A DNA stretch of 63,277 nt, filler included, from Octopus bimaculoides (Eukaryota): the NCBI RefSeq assembly GCF_001194135.2. It is 4 parts of 3 records of this genome, joined end to end, with 100 filler letters (N's around TTAATTAATTAA, not from the genome) between each part and the next. Parts side by side here need not be neighbours in the genome. Positions count along the whole stretch, not along the records: positions 1 to 31,112 come from NC_068987.1; 3 more parts are not named here. One strand, 5' to 3'. Shown here piece after piece: positions 1-12,065 of this stretch. Every line of letters starts with the position of its first letter. Position 1 is the first letter of the stretch. A program made the position numbers and the translations under genes. The notes below the pieces were generated by a model, which worked only from the letters and a program-made list of their open reading frames with translations, did no database searches and was not told the DNA's origin.

Positions 1-43
<43 letters not shown>

Positions 44-77
44 TTTGTTTGTTTGTATACATCCATGTATTTCTCAG

Positions 78-129
78 ACAAGGTGTAGCAGGTGAAAATG
101 TAAACATTGATGGAAAAAAAAGGAATGGA
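78..129 (+). CDS. Candidate internal coding exon of an unidentified gene, (x)QGVAGENVNIDGKKRNG
   Basis: Acceptor catgtatttctcAG ends at 77 and consensus donor GGA|GTGAGT starts at 130. The 52-bp interval is open in the frame starting at 79 (phase 2 in, phase 0 out). No homology could be assigned. Confidence 0.45.
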
Positions 130-837
130 GTGAGTTGGCCTGCTTGAACTGATACCTGACGACGCTATTGTTCACAAAATATATCATAAATAAATATATG
201 AATTTAGATGTACATTTGATATATCTTGGACAAATAAAGATTGTCATATTTTTGTCGTTAATGTATATTGTAAATGGCACAGGCGAAAAAAATAAAAAAT
301 AATATAGCTGAATGTAGTGTACTTAGTCGATAACACGAAAGACTCGAAAACCATTAGAGTTATTGAAAACATACAAGTTATTATAATTTCCTCTTCTTCC
401 AAATATTCTTTATATTCACACACCAAAGTATTGTTTCAATGTAAACACGAATTCTGAAAACAACACATTATTATAATTGTTTTTAATGTTCTTTTATATT
501 CCTTTCGCCTTTGTTTACTGACAAAATTGCTACAAAAGAACTTAAAATAAATTCAAAAATGTAAACATCACAGGCACTAAAAGAAAATTAAAAAAAAAAC
601 ATAACACGCTATTAGTTTTTTTTGTACGATGTACTAAGAATGGGAAAATGGGGCTTAGTGGTGAACAGACTGGGATCGCAATTGAGGCCGTAGCTTAATA
701 AAAATCAATACCTATAGAACTAAATTTTGACAACATTGGTCAGTTCGACAATGAACGGAAGCACAAAGTCTATACTCAGAATATTGCCCATTATATATTT
801 AGAATTATCGGTTTCTTTTTGGAAATATAGGCTACAT

Positions 838-882
<45 letters not shown>

Positions 883-1432
883 CATCTCTTGATGGACCGT
901 TCCACCGCTGGTCAACCACTCCTCAGGGAAGATATATCCGCTTCTTTCCCCAAGCAACAGTATAGATCAACATTTGTATGAAATAGACATTGGGGGAAAA
1001 TATGAAATAGACGTGGGGGGGATCTAATTTGCATATTTGTGCTTTTGACGGCTTGTCATAACAGTAACTGTTTAAGGTAAAGCATAGCCTATTTTTGAGG
1101 AACATAAGAAAGTCTCACTGTTGGTTAACTGAAGATGTAAACCCATTCTGTCTATATAATTCATGTGTGAAAAGCAAATTCAGAGTCTCCTGTCAAATCA
1201 TAGCACAGTTAATCGAGCACTCAGCAATGAGACGCATTCAGTTATGATCAAGCGCATAGTGCAGGTACTACATAAAGCAGTATAATTTTATCAGGATCGT
1301 TTCGGGTAACCTAATTTGCATATTTTGCTTTTGTAGTTATTTATATACATACATAAATAATTATAGGTGTGAATGTATGTAGGCTTGTATGGAGAGTCTA
1401 ATGTAAAGTATTGGTGTTATTCTGGTCATCAT

Positions 1433-1640
1433 GAGAGCGGCGAAATGCTTAGCACACCGGGCGAAATGCTTAGCAGTATTTCACCTATCGCCACGTTCTG
1501 TGTTCAAAATCCGCCGAGGTCGACTTTGCCTTTCATCCTTTCTGGGGTTGATGAATTAATTACCAGTGAAACACTGAAGTTAATGTCATCGACTGGTCCC
1601 CTACCCCGAAATTTCAGGCCTTGTGCTTTAGTAGAAAGGA
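1433..1640 (+). mobile_element. SINE family A copy (core gaggtcgactttgcctttcatcctttc)
   Basis: Homologous to about ten other segments in the window; flanked by a perfect 16-bp TSD TTATTCTGGTCATCAT (1417-1432 and 1641-1656). Confidence 0.9.
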
Positions 1641-2311
1641 TTATTCTGGTCATCATTAATGTAAAAATAAGTGTATTTGGATCTATCAAGAATGGAAACT
1701 GGTTCGCAAGCTTTACACGCAAGCGACCAACCTCTGTTTCATGAAATACACTCGTCAGTGGATACACAAATTAACATATATTGCAAAATACAAAACTTCA
1801 CATGTCAAAAGAAAAGAACACTTATGATGGGATAACATCGTTAGCACTGCCTTTTCTGCTATACAAACACGCCTATGCACACAATGAAATATATAGATGT
1901 CAGTATATATGTGTGGTTGAGTGTTGTGTTAATGCTAGTGCCCATATGCACGTTTATTTGTATGCGTTTATTTGTAGATAGAAAAGGTAATTAAGACGAA
2001 AGAAACAAACTCAAAGGCGGTAACTTCTCAATAAATGTGTTTTTTAATGGAGTATAAAACACAACAGATGAGATATGGCTGTCTTCCAAGGAAAACAAAA
2101 GATACGATAGATGAAGAAATAATCGTCTACAGACGTAAATACGCATATGCTTTCCCTCATACATATACACCATCGTACAAGCGTATATACTCACATATTT
2201 GTACTTATGCATACAATAAAAGTTCGGTGTTACCTAAAAATGTAACAAAATAACATGAATGACATTTAGTTCTGTTATTATTCATATTGTTTGTGACAAA
2301 ATGGGAAAAAC

Positions 2312-2312
<1 letters not shown>

Positions 2313-2345
<33 letters not shown>

Positions 2346-2365
2346 GTAGTAGTAGTAGTAGTAGC

Positions 2366-2459
<94 letters not shown>

Positions 2460-2460
2460 T
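2313..2460. repeat. Compound trinucleotide microsatellite (ATT)n-(AGT)n-(AGC)n-(AGT)n
   Basis: Read directly. Confidence 0.95.
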
Positions 2461-2659
2461 ATATATATGTTACTGAATTATTCACTTAATCCTTTTCATT
2501 TTATTATTATTACTATTTTTTTTTCATTTTTTCATGTTTTTATTACTAAATTTTATTTTTCATTTTTCATTATTTTTCATTGTTCATTATTACGTATTAA
2601 TTTTATCGTAATTTTTACTTATCACTATTTATTTGTATCATTTCTTATTTTTTTTATAT

Positions 2660-3345
2660 TCCCATACCACAAACCACACACACACACATGTACAGACACA
2701 TACACCCATGCACACACATACACGCACTCACACCAAACGCGCATTCTCACACACGAACACACGAACACGCGCACTCTTACACATACGCACACACATACAT
2801 GCACACGTACACACACATACACCCCCACACACACATGCACCCACACACACCCGCGCACACATAAACCCACACTCTTGGTCACACGCACGCACGCACCCAC
2901 AGACACCCCTTCTCGACCCTCTACAACCATACCCACCGATTCTCAAACCCTCTTCTGACTGCCTCTGACCCACTATTGACCCTCCATCTACGCACACACG
3001 CAAACACGCACACACACGCACCCATACAGCTGCTCATCTCTCAGAGCGACGTTAACACACGCACTTACGCACGCAGATCCTACCACACACGTACACACAA
3101 ATACAAACACATACACAGTTAATACCACACACGCATACACACACGCATACACACACGCTACCACGCATACACACACGCTACCACACACATGTTATCACAC
3201 ACACATGCACCACACGCATACACACGGTTACCACCACACGCTAGCACGCACACACACATACATACATGCACTGTCACACACACTACCATACATACACACG
3301 CTATCACACACGCCGCACGCTACCACACACACGCGTGTGCACAGG
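2660..3345. repeat. Degenerate (CA)-rich simple-sequence tract
   Basis: Read directly; source of the HTHT and CVCV pseudo-ORFs. Confidence 0.9.
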
Positions 3346-3359
3346 GATATTGACCAATT

Positions 3360-3600
3360 TCCCACTCTGCTGTTCCAGAAAGCTTTTTCTCTATATTTTT
3401 TTTCTCTTCATTTCGACTACCGGTCACTTTCTTTAAAAATGTAACCACACGTGATTGTTTGCGATTTATTTCCTCCTTCGTCTTGGACTTTCCGATTACT
3501 TCCTTTTCCGAAGATGAGCTATGCTCGAAACGTATAAACTTCTACTCTTTTCCTTCTCTGAGCGTCTTATCAATACATTGCGTGTGCCATATATAAATCA
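3360..3600 (+). mobile_element. Probable Penelope-like element terminal-repeat remnant with degenerate hammerhead core
   Basis: CCGAAGA-T-GAGC(TAT)GCTC-GAAACGTA at 3508-3534 resembles the minimal hammerhead of Penelope-like elements. Boundaries are approximate. Confidence 0.45.
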
Positions 3601-4595
3601 AAATAACCAACAAGGATATCCAAAGTTAATGCAGTACCATCGTTTCATGCGACTCCATTTATTTAAGCAATGTGAACATTACATCAACTCTAAAATGCAG
3701 AGCAATCCTCAGCTGCACAAAGATATAGAAATTTACTGAAATTACATTTCAACAGAAGGACATATTTTTATAACTACATTTAAATTCTCCAAGTAAGGAA
3801 GAATACAAAAANNNNNNNNNNNNNNNNNNNNNNNNNNNNNNNNNNNNNNNNNNNNNNNNNNNNNNNNNNNNNNNNNNNNNNNNNNNNNNNNNNNNNNNNN
3901 NNNNNNNNNNNNNNNNNNNNNNNNNNNNNNNNNNNNNNNNNNNNNNNNNNNNNNNNNNNNNNNNNNNNNNNNNNNNNNNNNNNNNNNNNNNNNNNNNNNN
4001 NNNNNNNNNNNNNNNNNNNNNNNNNNNNNNNNNNNNNNNNNNNNNNNNNNNNNNNNNNNNNNNNNNNNNNNNNNNNNNNNNNNNNNNNNNNNNNNNNNNN
4101 NNNNNNNNNNNNNNNNNNNNNNNNNNNNNNNNNNNNNNNNNNNNNNNNNNNNNNNNNNNNNNNNNNNNNNNNNNNNNNNNNNNNNNNNNNNNNNNNNNNN
4201 NNNNNNNNNNNNNNNNNNNNNNNNNNNNNNNNNNNNNNNNNNNNNNNNNNNNNNNNNNNNNATATATATATATATATATATAAAGATTTACTTTTCGCAA
4301 TGAGATAAAATACCAAGGCTGTGTAGATTTTAGAACATTTATAAATAGTAGGTCTTACAGCTGTTTCCAGGATATTTATTATATCCTTTCATCGGAGACG
4401 GAGTGAGAAAATGGTTAAGCAATAGTTAATTTAGATAAGATACGAAATATAGAAATGGAGGAAAGAAAATAGATGTGAGATATGCAGGGATATTGTATTT
4501 GTAAATCCATTGTTTAGGCAGAATGGTATACATATAAGATTCCAATACCTTATGAGTAAAATCCAATGTATTTATATATATATGTATGTATTATC

Positions 4596-4663
<68 letters not shown>

Positions 4664-4989
4664 GTGTGTATATTATGTGAGTGTACATCTGTGTATGTAT
4701 GTATTCAGAGTCTACCAAATAGCCGCTGGCTTTGTCTCATCACTATTCACCACAACCAACCGTAACACCACTGCATAAAGCTTAACTTAAGATAAAAGAA
4801 ACTTCAAGAACTCCCATACAACCTTCACTTGAATTCCATCAATACTAACAACACGTCATGTAATATAATACCATCGATGTATGTTTATGTACATATGTAT
4901 GTTACCACGAATGTATACATACGTAAATGAATATGTGTGTGTATGTGAATGCTGTGATGTACATTTAGGTATATATGAGTTTTTATGCG

Positions 4990-4990
4990 C

Positions 4991-5048
<58 letters not shown>

Positions 5049-5057
5049 CGATCGATC

Positions 5058-5113
<56 letters not shown>
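4990..5113. repeat. (AGAT)n tetranucleotide microsatellite; similar tracts at about 36425-36470 and 39917-40005
   Basis: Read directly. Confidence 0.95.
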
Positions 5114-6599
5114 TGTATGCGCATGAGTATGTACGCATATGTGTGTGTGTATACGAGTTTGCCATTGCATGAATACGTATTATATACATGTGTGTGTGTA
5201 CATACACACACACACATACACACATTCAGTCAACTAACTAGCCAAACATACATAAATACATATATAGGTATATACAAGCAGACATGTTTGCTTGGGTGTC
5301 CCTTTAAGTATAAGAGTAATTATTACCTACAACGAAGGGTACACCTTTATCTAAACTTATTATACAATTCAACAATACTAGCTACCACACCCAATTTTCA
5401 GACTCTACTTACACGTCAAATTATACAATAGTTTCTTTTGGTATTTTCACTAAAGTGAAGTGAACTTTCTTAAACGCCTCCCTTATCTTCACTAAATGCT
5501 CACAAAACAAATACCTATCCCCATATATGNNNNNNNNNNNNNNNNNNNNNNNNNNNNNNNNNNNNNNNNNNNNNNNNNNNNNNNNNNNNNNNNNNNNNNN
5601 NNNNNNNNNNNNNNNNNNNNNNNNNNNNNNNNNNNNNNNNNNNNNNNNNNNNNNNNNNNNNNNNNNNNNNNNNNNNNNNNNNNNNNNNNNNNNNNNNNNN
5701 NNNNNNNNNNNNNNNNNNNNNNNNNNNNNNNNNNNNNNNNNNNNNNNNNNNNNNNNNNNNNNNNNNNNNNNNNNNNNNNNNNNNNNNNNNNNNNNNNNNN
5801 NNNNNNNNNNNNNNNNNNNNNNNNNNNNNNNNNNNNNNNNNNNNNNNNNNNNNNNNNNNNNNNNNNNNNNNNNNNNNNNNNNNNNNNNNNNNNNNNNNNN
5901 NNNNNNNNNNNNNNNNNNNNNNNNNNNNNNNNNNNNNNNNNNNNNNNNNNNNNNNNNNNNNNNNNNNNNNNNNNNNNNNNNNNNNNNNNNNNNNNNNNNN
6001 NNNNNNNNNNNNNNNNNNNNNNNNNNNNNNNNNNNNNNNNNNNNNNNNNNNNNNNNNNNNNNNNNNNNNNNNNNNNNNNNNNNNNNNNNNNNNNNNNNNN
6101 NNNNNNNNNNNNNNNNNNNNNNNNTATATATATATATATACATGCGGGCATACGTTCGTACAAATGTACATGTATACATGCAAACCTACCTACCTACTTA
6201 TCTACATACATGCATACATACATACATACGTGACTTACACGCATTTAGCAAATGCATTTAGTTTTATAACTGGTCCCCAGAATTGCAAGACATCTACTTG
6301 TCTAAGCTTCTCAACTTATCTCTATTTAAGTCTAGACTTCTCCGCTCCTACAAAACACTTTCGTTTACAACACTTTTAACCAGTAGTGTATTGATTGTAT
6401 CTGTCACTGTGATGGAATGAGAGATACAACTTCATATGGACTAACACCTATCTATATCTAAACCAATATTCCCTAATGATTTGGTTTGTCTTCTCAAGAT
6501 AATGTAATTTAATATGGTTTACTTTTGCACACAAAGTGTTCAGCAACGAGCAACAAGTAATGAGTACAATAAAATCTTATTCTTAATGTGACAGTACAG

Positions 6600-7720
6600 T
6601 AAAATCATATTCCAGCCAAGACTGGAATAGGATTTTATTTACACAGTTTCGAGAATGTGGCAGTGCTTGTGACATTCGCAAGCCCTCTATGAACGAAAAG
6701 AATTATGCAGATTATATATGAGTCGGGATGAGCTTCAAGTATGCTATTTTTTTCGGGAGGAATGAATGGGGAATATCGTTTAGTGCAGGACCTGTACATT
6801 TGAATCTAAAAGCCACAAGAAATGAGAAACGAATGTGGAATCTTGAATAAAGAAAGCAGTACACTTGCCAAAGTCTATTATTGCGGTGAGAGAAAAAAGA
6901 GTGAGAAGAGAGAACGTATACGATTTTCACTTTAGTTTTGTTGTGCCAAAAATTGTTGGTTGCTGGAATATTTTCTGGTCCTGAAGAGAAGAACCACTTT
7001 TGGAGATGAAGTGCATGCAAAGTTAAACATGTGCTTTCGATAAGAAAGATTCTCGGTGATAGTGACGTTTAGCATACTGAGCACCAGTGAGGATTTCAGC
7101 TGAGTACCGTTCGTATTTAGAAAGTTTGTATTGCCATGGTGTTTTCTTGATATGAGTAGTATTTGATGTTTTTTGCTGTTAAAAGAGACCAGCTTTGCAA
7201 ATCCTCACTCGAAGATGTTCTTGGGTTTGTGTTCAAGGAAGCAATGCAGGTTTATCGTGAGGCATGTAAGTTGTGTACCGACTATATATGGCTTTATAAG
7301 ATTAGGCCAGTGATGAAGAAAATAGGGTCAAAAAGTAAGAGAATAGGGTCAAAACCGGATTGGGGGGGCGCACTACTGTTAATTGAGATTAGAACAAAAC
7401 GATCTCCTTCAGTACAAGCCATGATGGTGCAACCTTAAGAAACCTTTTGATCCGAGATATGAACGATGTGTGGTACCTGTACACAAGATGATTTGACAGC
7501 AGATCTGCATTCTAGACACTATCGAAGGCTTTGATTATGTCTTGAGCAACAACATCGTTTTTGCCGAAATTCTCAAAAGTGAGAGCCCGTTGGTAAGCGA
7601 CTTGGAAAGTGCTTCTTACATGGATCTCGTTCTTTGAATGCTGGTCATTGAGAAGAAGGGGAGCAAGAGAGTTTTAAATTGTGTTGGAGTACGTTATTTC
7701 GAATAGCTAGCTTTATTACG
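6600..7720 (-). mobile_element. Decayed CR1/Jockey-group LINE, 3' part of reverse transcriptase
   Basis: Minus-strand translation gives VVAQDIIKAFDSV (cf. LDISKAFDxVW), INS..P..S..DPIL (cf. INSGVPQGSVLGP), LVSFNSK..QILLISRK and LLFRTRKY, with stops and frameshifts. An 8-bp hairpin TATTCCAG/CTGGAATA (6608-6629) lies near the 3' end. Confidence 0.8.
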
Positions 7721-7799
7721 TTAGAGAGTTTAGAATTGAGTGGTAGTTAACACGAGTTCATTAAACGAAGCAACGCATTACTCTCCATCTAGATGCATC

Positions 7800-8700
7800 A
7801 GCTGTCAAATTGCTTTTAGACTTATCCATACCGTTTTGTTTTTCAATTAACTTTGTAAATTCTCTCTCTATAACGAATACATGATTTGAGTAACACTATT
7901 TTTACTGTTGCGCATCATGTCAGATATTTTCTTATATTACTTTTCATTCTCTTTAATAACATTGTTGTTTCCTTCACTTGTTAAAGCTATTGCCTACAAT
8001 ATGGAGAAAAAGCCTTTGGTCGAAGTATTTTATAACGTTTGGCCTCTACGGATTTTCTCTAAGTATGATGATGCTTGCATGACACCATACTCGTTTATAG
8101 ATGCAGTTTTGTGAGCTGATAACTGAAAATACTGCTAAAGATGTTTTTTTTGTTTGCATGCAATAAAACCCGAAGCCTTTATTAGCCACTAAACGTTTGT
8201 CGATCCAACAGATACATAGTGTAGATAATACTTTGTTGGATATATCGATATAATCAACAGCAATAATTGCAAACAAATGTTTTGGCCGATTTTAATAAGT
8301 AAATCTGCCATAACACTCACTTTTCATATGATAATTAAGCTGTCTATCTGTATCAGCTTTACTGATCCATCCTTCATTACCAAGAGACATTTTTTCTGTC
8401 AATTATACAATGTAGTTGATTTTTCATACATTGGCTTTTGTTTTTATCCTTCAATGTCGACAATGGAAATGCAAACATTCAAGAGATTTTTATATGCCTT
8501 TATGTCTTTTTTTTGTTTTGTTATATTCTCCTTTCAGCTTCACCTAGCAATTATCTAACCTTATTACATTTAGGATTCAGCAATTCTATGTCAATAGCAG
8601 TGCTTCGCAGTCCAGAGAGTAGACAGTTGAGCTCTAGCAAATTTCAAAGTCGTTTTTTTAAAGAAAACTCATTTTCTTTACCTCTAAAATGATGTAATTT
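7800..8700 (-). pseudogene. Decayed hAT-superfamily transposase (ZMYM1/Tip100-like)
   Basis: ORF 8046-8276(-) FAIIAVDYIDISNKVLSTLCICWID..LVA..GFGFY matches the hAT motif FAIxADETTDISNKEQLSxCIRWVD...E.F.GFY and is followed by RGQ. Many stops; ends are approximate. Confidence 0.6.
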
Positions 8701-9324
8701 TGAATTTTAATTATATTCCTAATTTACACTGAATAAATTGTTATGTTTGGTCGAAGGTTTAGACATAATGAATGAAATTAAAAACAGTGAATTAAATTGA
8801 CTGAAAATAATGCTTGTTTGTCAAATTTTTGCTTGAGCAAATAAAAAGAAATCATCGGTTCTTTTGGTTAAGTACCAGAAGAAGACCTGTTTTAGTCTGG
8901 CTGGCTGGTTGTGCTAATGTTTGACTAAGACAATATTGCTGAAACTAGAACAATACGAAATACTTTGCGCGAAAACTCTGGTTGTGCTTGTAATAGTGCA
9001 GTACGGTTTGTTCATGCAACCTATGAGCAAGAAGCGTTAGAATTCATAGATTGTTGTTGAAAGCATATTACGGCATTTGTCGTACTTGAAACTTTAATAA
9101 TTTCGTCAACATCTTTTTTGAAATAAAACAGCGGACGTTCCACGGTTTACTTGATTGTATTAGCTTGCTCTATAATATTATTGGTCTGGACTCATAATTG
9201 TCTGCTACTGAAATGAAAAAGGACAACTGAATAATAACACAAAATAGTTATATGTCTCATAAATGTTCAGTATTCAGTCTTCCTTTTATTGTTATTCACA
9301 GTATATATAATCCGTTCTACTATA

Positions 9325-9510
9325 GCCACAAGACCTGAAATTTAGGTGGGTAGGGGCTACTTGATTACATCGATCCCAGTGCACAACTGGTATCATCGTA
9401 TCGAAGCAGATATGATAAATGGTAATGTTGACCACAGCAGAATTTCTACTCAGAATGTAAATCCGGAAGAAATGTTGCTAAGTATTTTATCTGCTGTGAT
9501 AACATTGGCT
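9325..9510 (-). mobile_element. SINE family A, diverged copy
   Basis: Reverse-complement similarity to 1433-1640 (gattacatcgatcccagtg...actcagaatgta). Confidence 0.6.
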
Positions 9511-9678
9511 TCCTTCATAATATATAACCTGAAAAGGGTAGACATGTTAAGCAAATTCATCGGTAAGAATGTATACTTTACTTTGTGATAAGTCACAACA
9601 TTTGACGCGTGATAATTAAATTTCACATTGCAAGAATTCATATTTCGCATTCATATGCCTTTTCAATATGTCACGTGA

Positions 9679-12065
9679 AAAGTTATACAAAGTTATACAA
9701 GAGAAGGAGGCAAAAACACTACGGCAATTCAGACCCATTTCACTATTAAATACCGATGGGAAAATCATGTTTGGAATCATTGCCAGGCGAATCATAAGAT
9801 TCGTACAGTATAACGGATATGATTATGAAGCAATCCAAAGCCAGGGATCCCTGGAATCTCTGGATGCATAGAACATGCATTTGCCATCTTGGAAGTTATC
9901 AGCTGTGAAAAACAACTGAAGAAAAACCTGTACATTGTATGGCTATATCTTGCCAATGCATATGGATCTGTTCCACGTTCACTAATTCAAGCAGCTATGA
10001 ACTTCATTTGGACTCCAGGAGATTTTCAACGAATGCTCATGTGTTACTACGATAACTTGAGGATGAGATTTTCAGCAGGAAAGTTCACAACGGAGTGGCA
10101 ACACCTTCAAGTAAATATTGCAGCTGGATGCACGATATCAGTCATCTTATTTGTGCTACTCATGGAGATGTTGTTAAGATCAACAAACTGTGAGAAATTT
10201 GTTACAATGACACCATTAAAGGCTTTTATGAACGACGTTACTGTATTATCAGAAAGTAGAGAAGCAGCAGATGGAACGTTAGAGCGGTTGGTCGAACTAA
10301 TAGGACGGGTGAGAATGAATTTCAAAGCCAAAAAATCTCGAAGCGTGGCTTTCGTGAAAGGAGTCCTAAAAGAATTGAAATTCAGGATAAGAGATGAAGA
10401 TATACCAACGGTGAAGGAACAACCAGTAAAGATTCTCGGCAGATGGCACAACGATTTACTAAATGATAAGAAGCAAAGAAACACACGATTTAGTGGAACA
10501 GGGACTAAAGGCAATTGGCAGTATAACATTACCGCGGAAATTCAAATGTTGGATACTGCAATTTGGACTGTACCCAAGGAAAATGTGGCCATTGCAAATG
10601 TACGAAATAGCCTCGAGTAGAGTAGAAAGGATGGAACAAAGATGCAGTGTGTTTATCAGAAAATGGCTTGGTCTTCCAAAACCACTGAATACAACTACAA
10701 TATATGGAAAACCCGTGCAGCAACTACCAATATTCTTCATTCGCTGAAGAATATAAGGCAGGAAAGGCAAGGACAGTAATGATGCCAAAGTATTCGGAAG
10801 AGCAGAACATCCGTGAAAACACCCCCAAAAGTACGAACGGAGAGGAGATCGAAAGCAGAAGAGGCTGTAAACAGGGCGATCGGAAAGCTAAGGTATGCCG
10901 AGATAGTCGGAGTGACGCAAGAAGCAAGAACTGGTATAAGTTGCACAATTTCAAGCCATTTTGCATAAGCAGTGTAAAAGAGATAAAAGAGGCAGGGGTA
11001 CACGAAGTGAGAAAGGAGGAAGAAAATGTGGTCAGTCGCAGAATCTCATGGATGGAACTTTGGAAGGGACTTCCTGATCAAGTCTACCTTCGACATTTTG
11101 CCTTCACCTGCGAATATAGTCCGGTGGAACATAAAAACAACTGATGAATGTAGATGCGGAGAGAAAGTGACGGTGAGACTTGTTCTGTTAAACTGCAGGC
11201 TAGCACTAGATAGATATACATGGCGTCACAATCAAGTCCTCGGTATCATAAGCACAGCACTCAAGGAGAAGATCGAGGGATATAATAGGGGCGAGTACCC
11301 AAAAGTGGAAAAACGGAGAAAAATATACTTCCAGAAGGAGGGAAAAGGACATAAGGCCAGGCCTTCAAATAAAGTATACGAGACAGACGAAAGATGGTAG
11401 GGATAGTGGGAGCTGGCCGGGGATTTGGAAAGACTGTTAATATTTCCACTCATAAAAACAGCAAAAAAAACAACAAAAAAAACAGACTTAATCCTATGGA
11501 ACACAGAACGGAAAATTGGAATTTTGCTAGAGATGACAGTGCCATGGGAAGAGAACATCGCTAATGCTGAGCAACAGAAGGAGAAGAGGTATGAGAGATT
11601 AATCGAAGAGTGCGGAGAACAGGGATGGGACTGTCGAGTATCACCACCTGGCAGTGGGGGCTAAAGGCTTCATTGAAAGGAAAATGGCAACGTTATTTAA
11701 AAGAAGGTTCCCAGAGCTGAGAAATTTAATAAGGAGAAGACAGAGGCAGTCGACAATGTCAGCTTCTACATATGGCTGAAGCAAGAAGATCCGAAATGGC
11801 TCGAAAGCCATAACATGACGACTGGGAAATAGCGTCGCTAGGTGAGGCTGGCTGACACTTACGCAGCATCGCTGATTGACAGGTGGGCCAAGGTTGTGAT
11901 CTCGTTCATAGCGCGCACTCCTCCTGGCTCGAAGGCTTGTATCACCAAACAGCTGATCGGTTCTGGCTGCTAGAACTGAAACTAACTCGACACTGTTGGA
12001 AGGCGGGTTTAGAGGGGGCGCGAGCTAAAACTACGCGTCGTTCTCCTCAGTTGAAGCTTAGATAG
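9679..12065 (+). mobile_element. 5'-truncated RLE-type non-LTR retrotransposon, HERO-like, frameshifted
   Basis: RT motifs QFRPISLLNTDGKI, WLYLANAYGSVP, AAGCTIS.ILF and AFMNDVT; Cys knuckle remnant DECRCGEK.T..LVLLNC; RYTWRHNQVL; TDLILW...LEMTVPWEE..K.KRY (restriction-like endonuclease); C-terminal SFYIWLK..DPKW ending at TAG 11830-32. Flanked by TGTCACGTGA at 9669-9678 and 12066-12075. Clade assignment is from motif recall. Confidence 0.85.
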
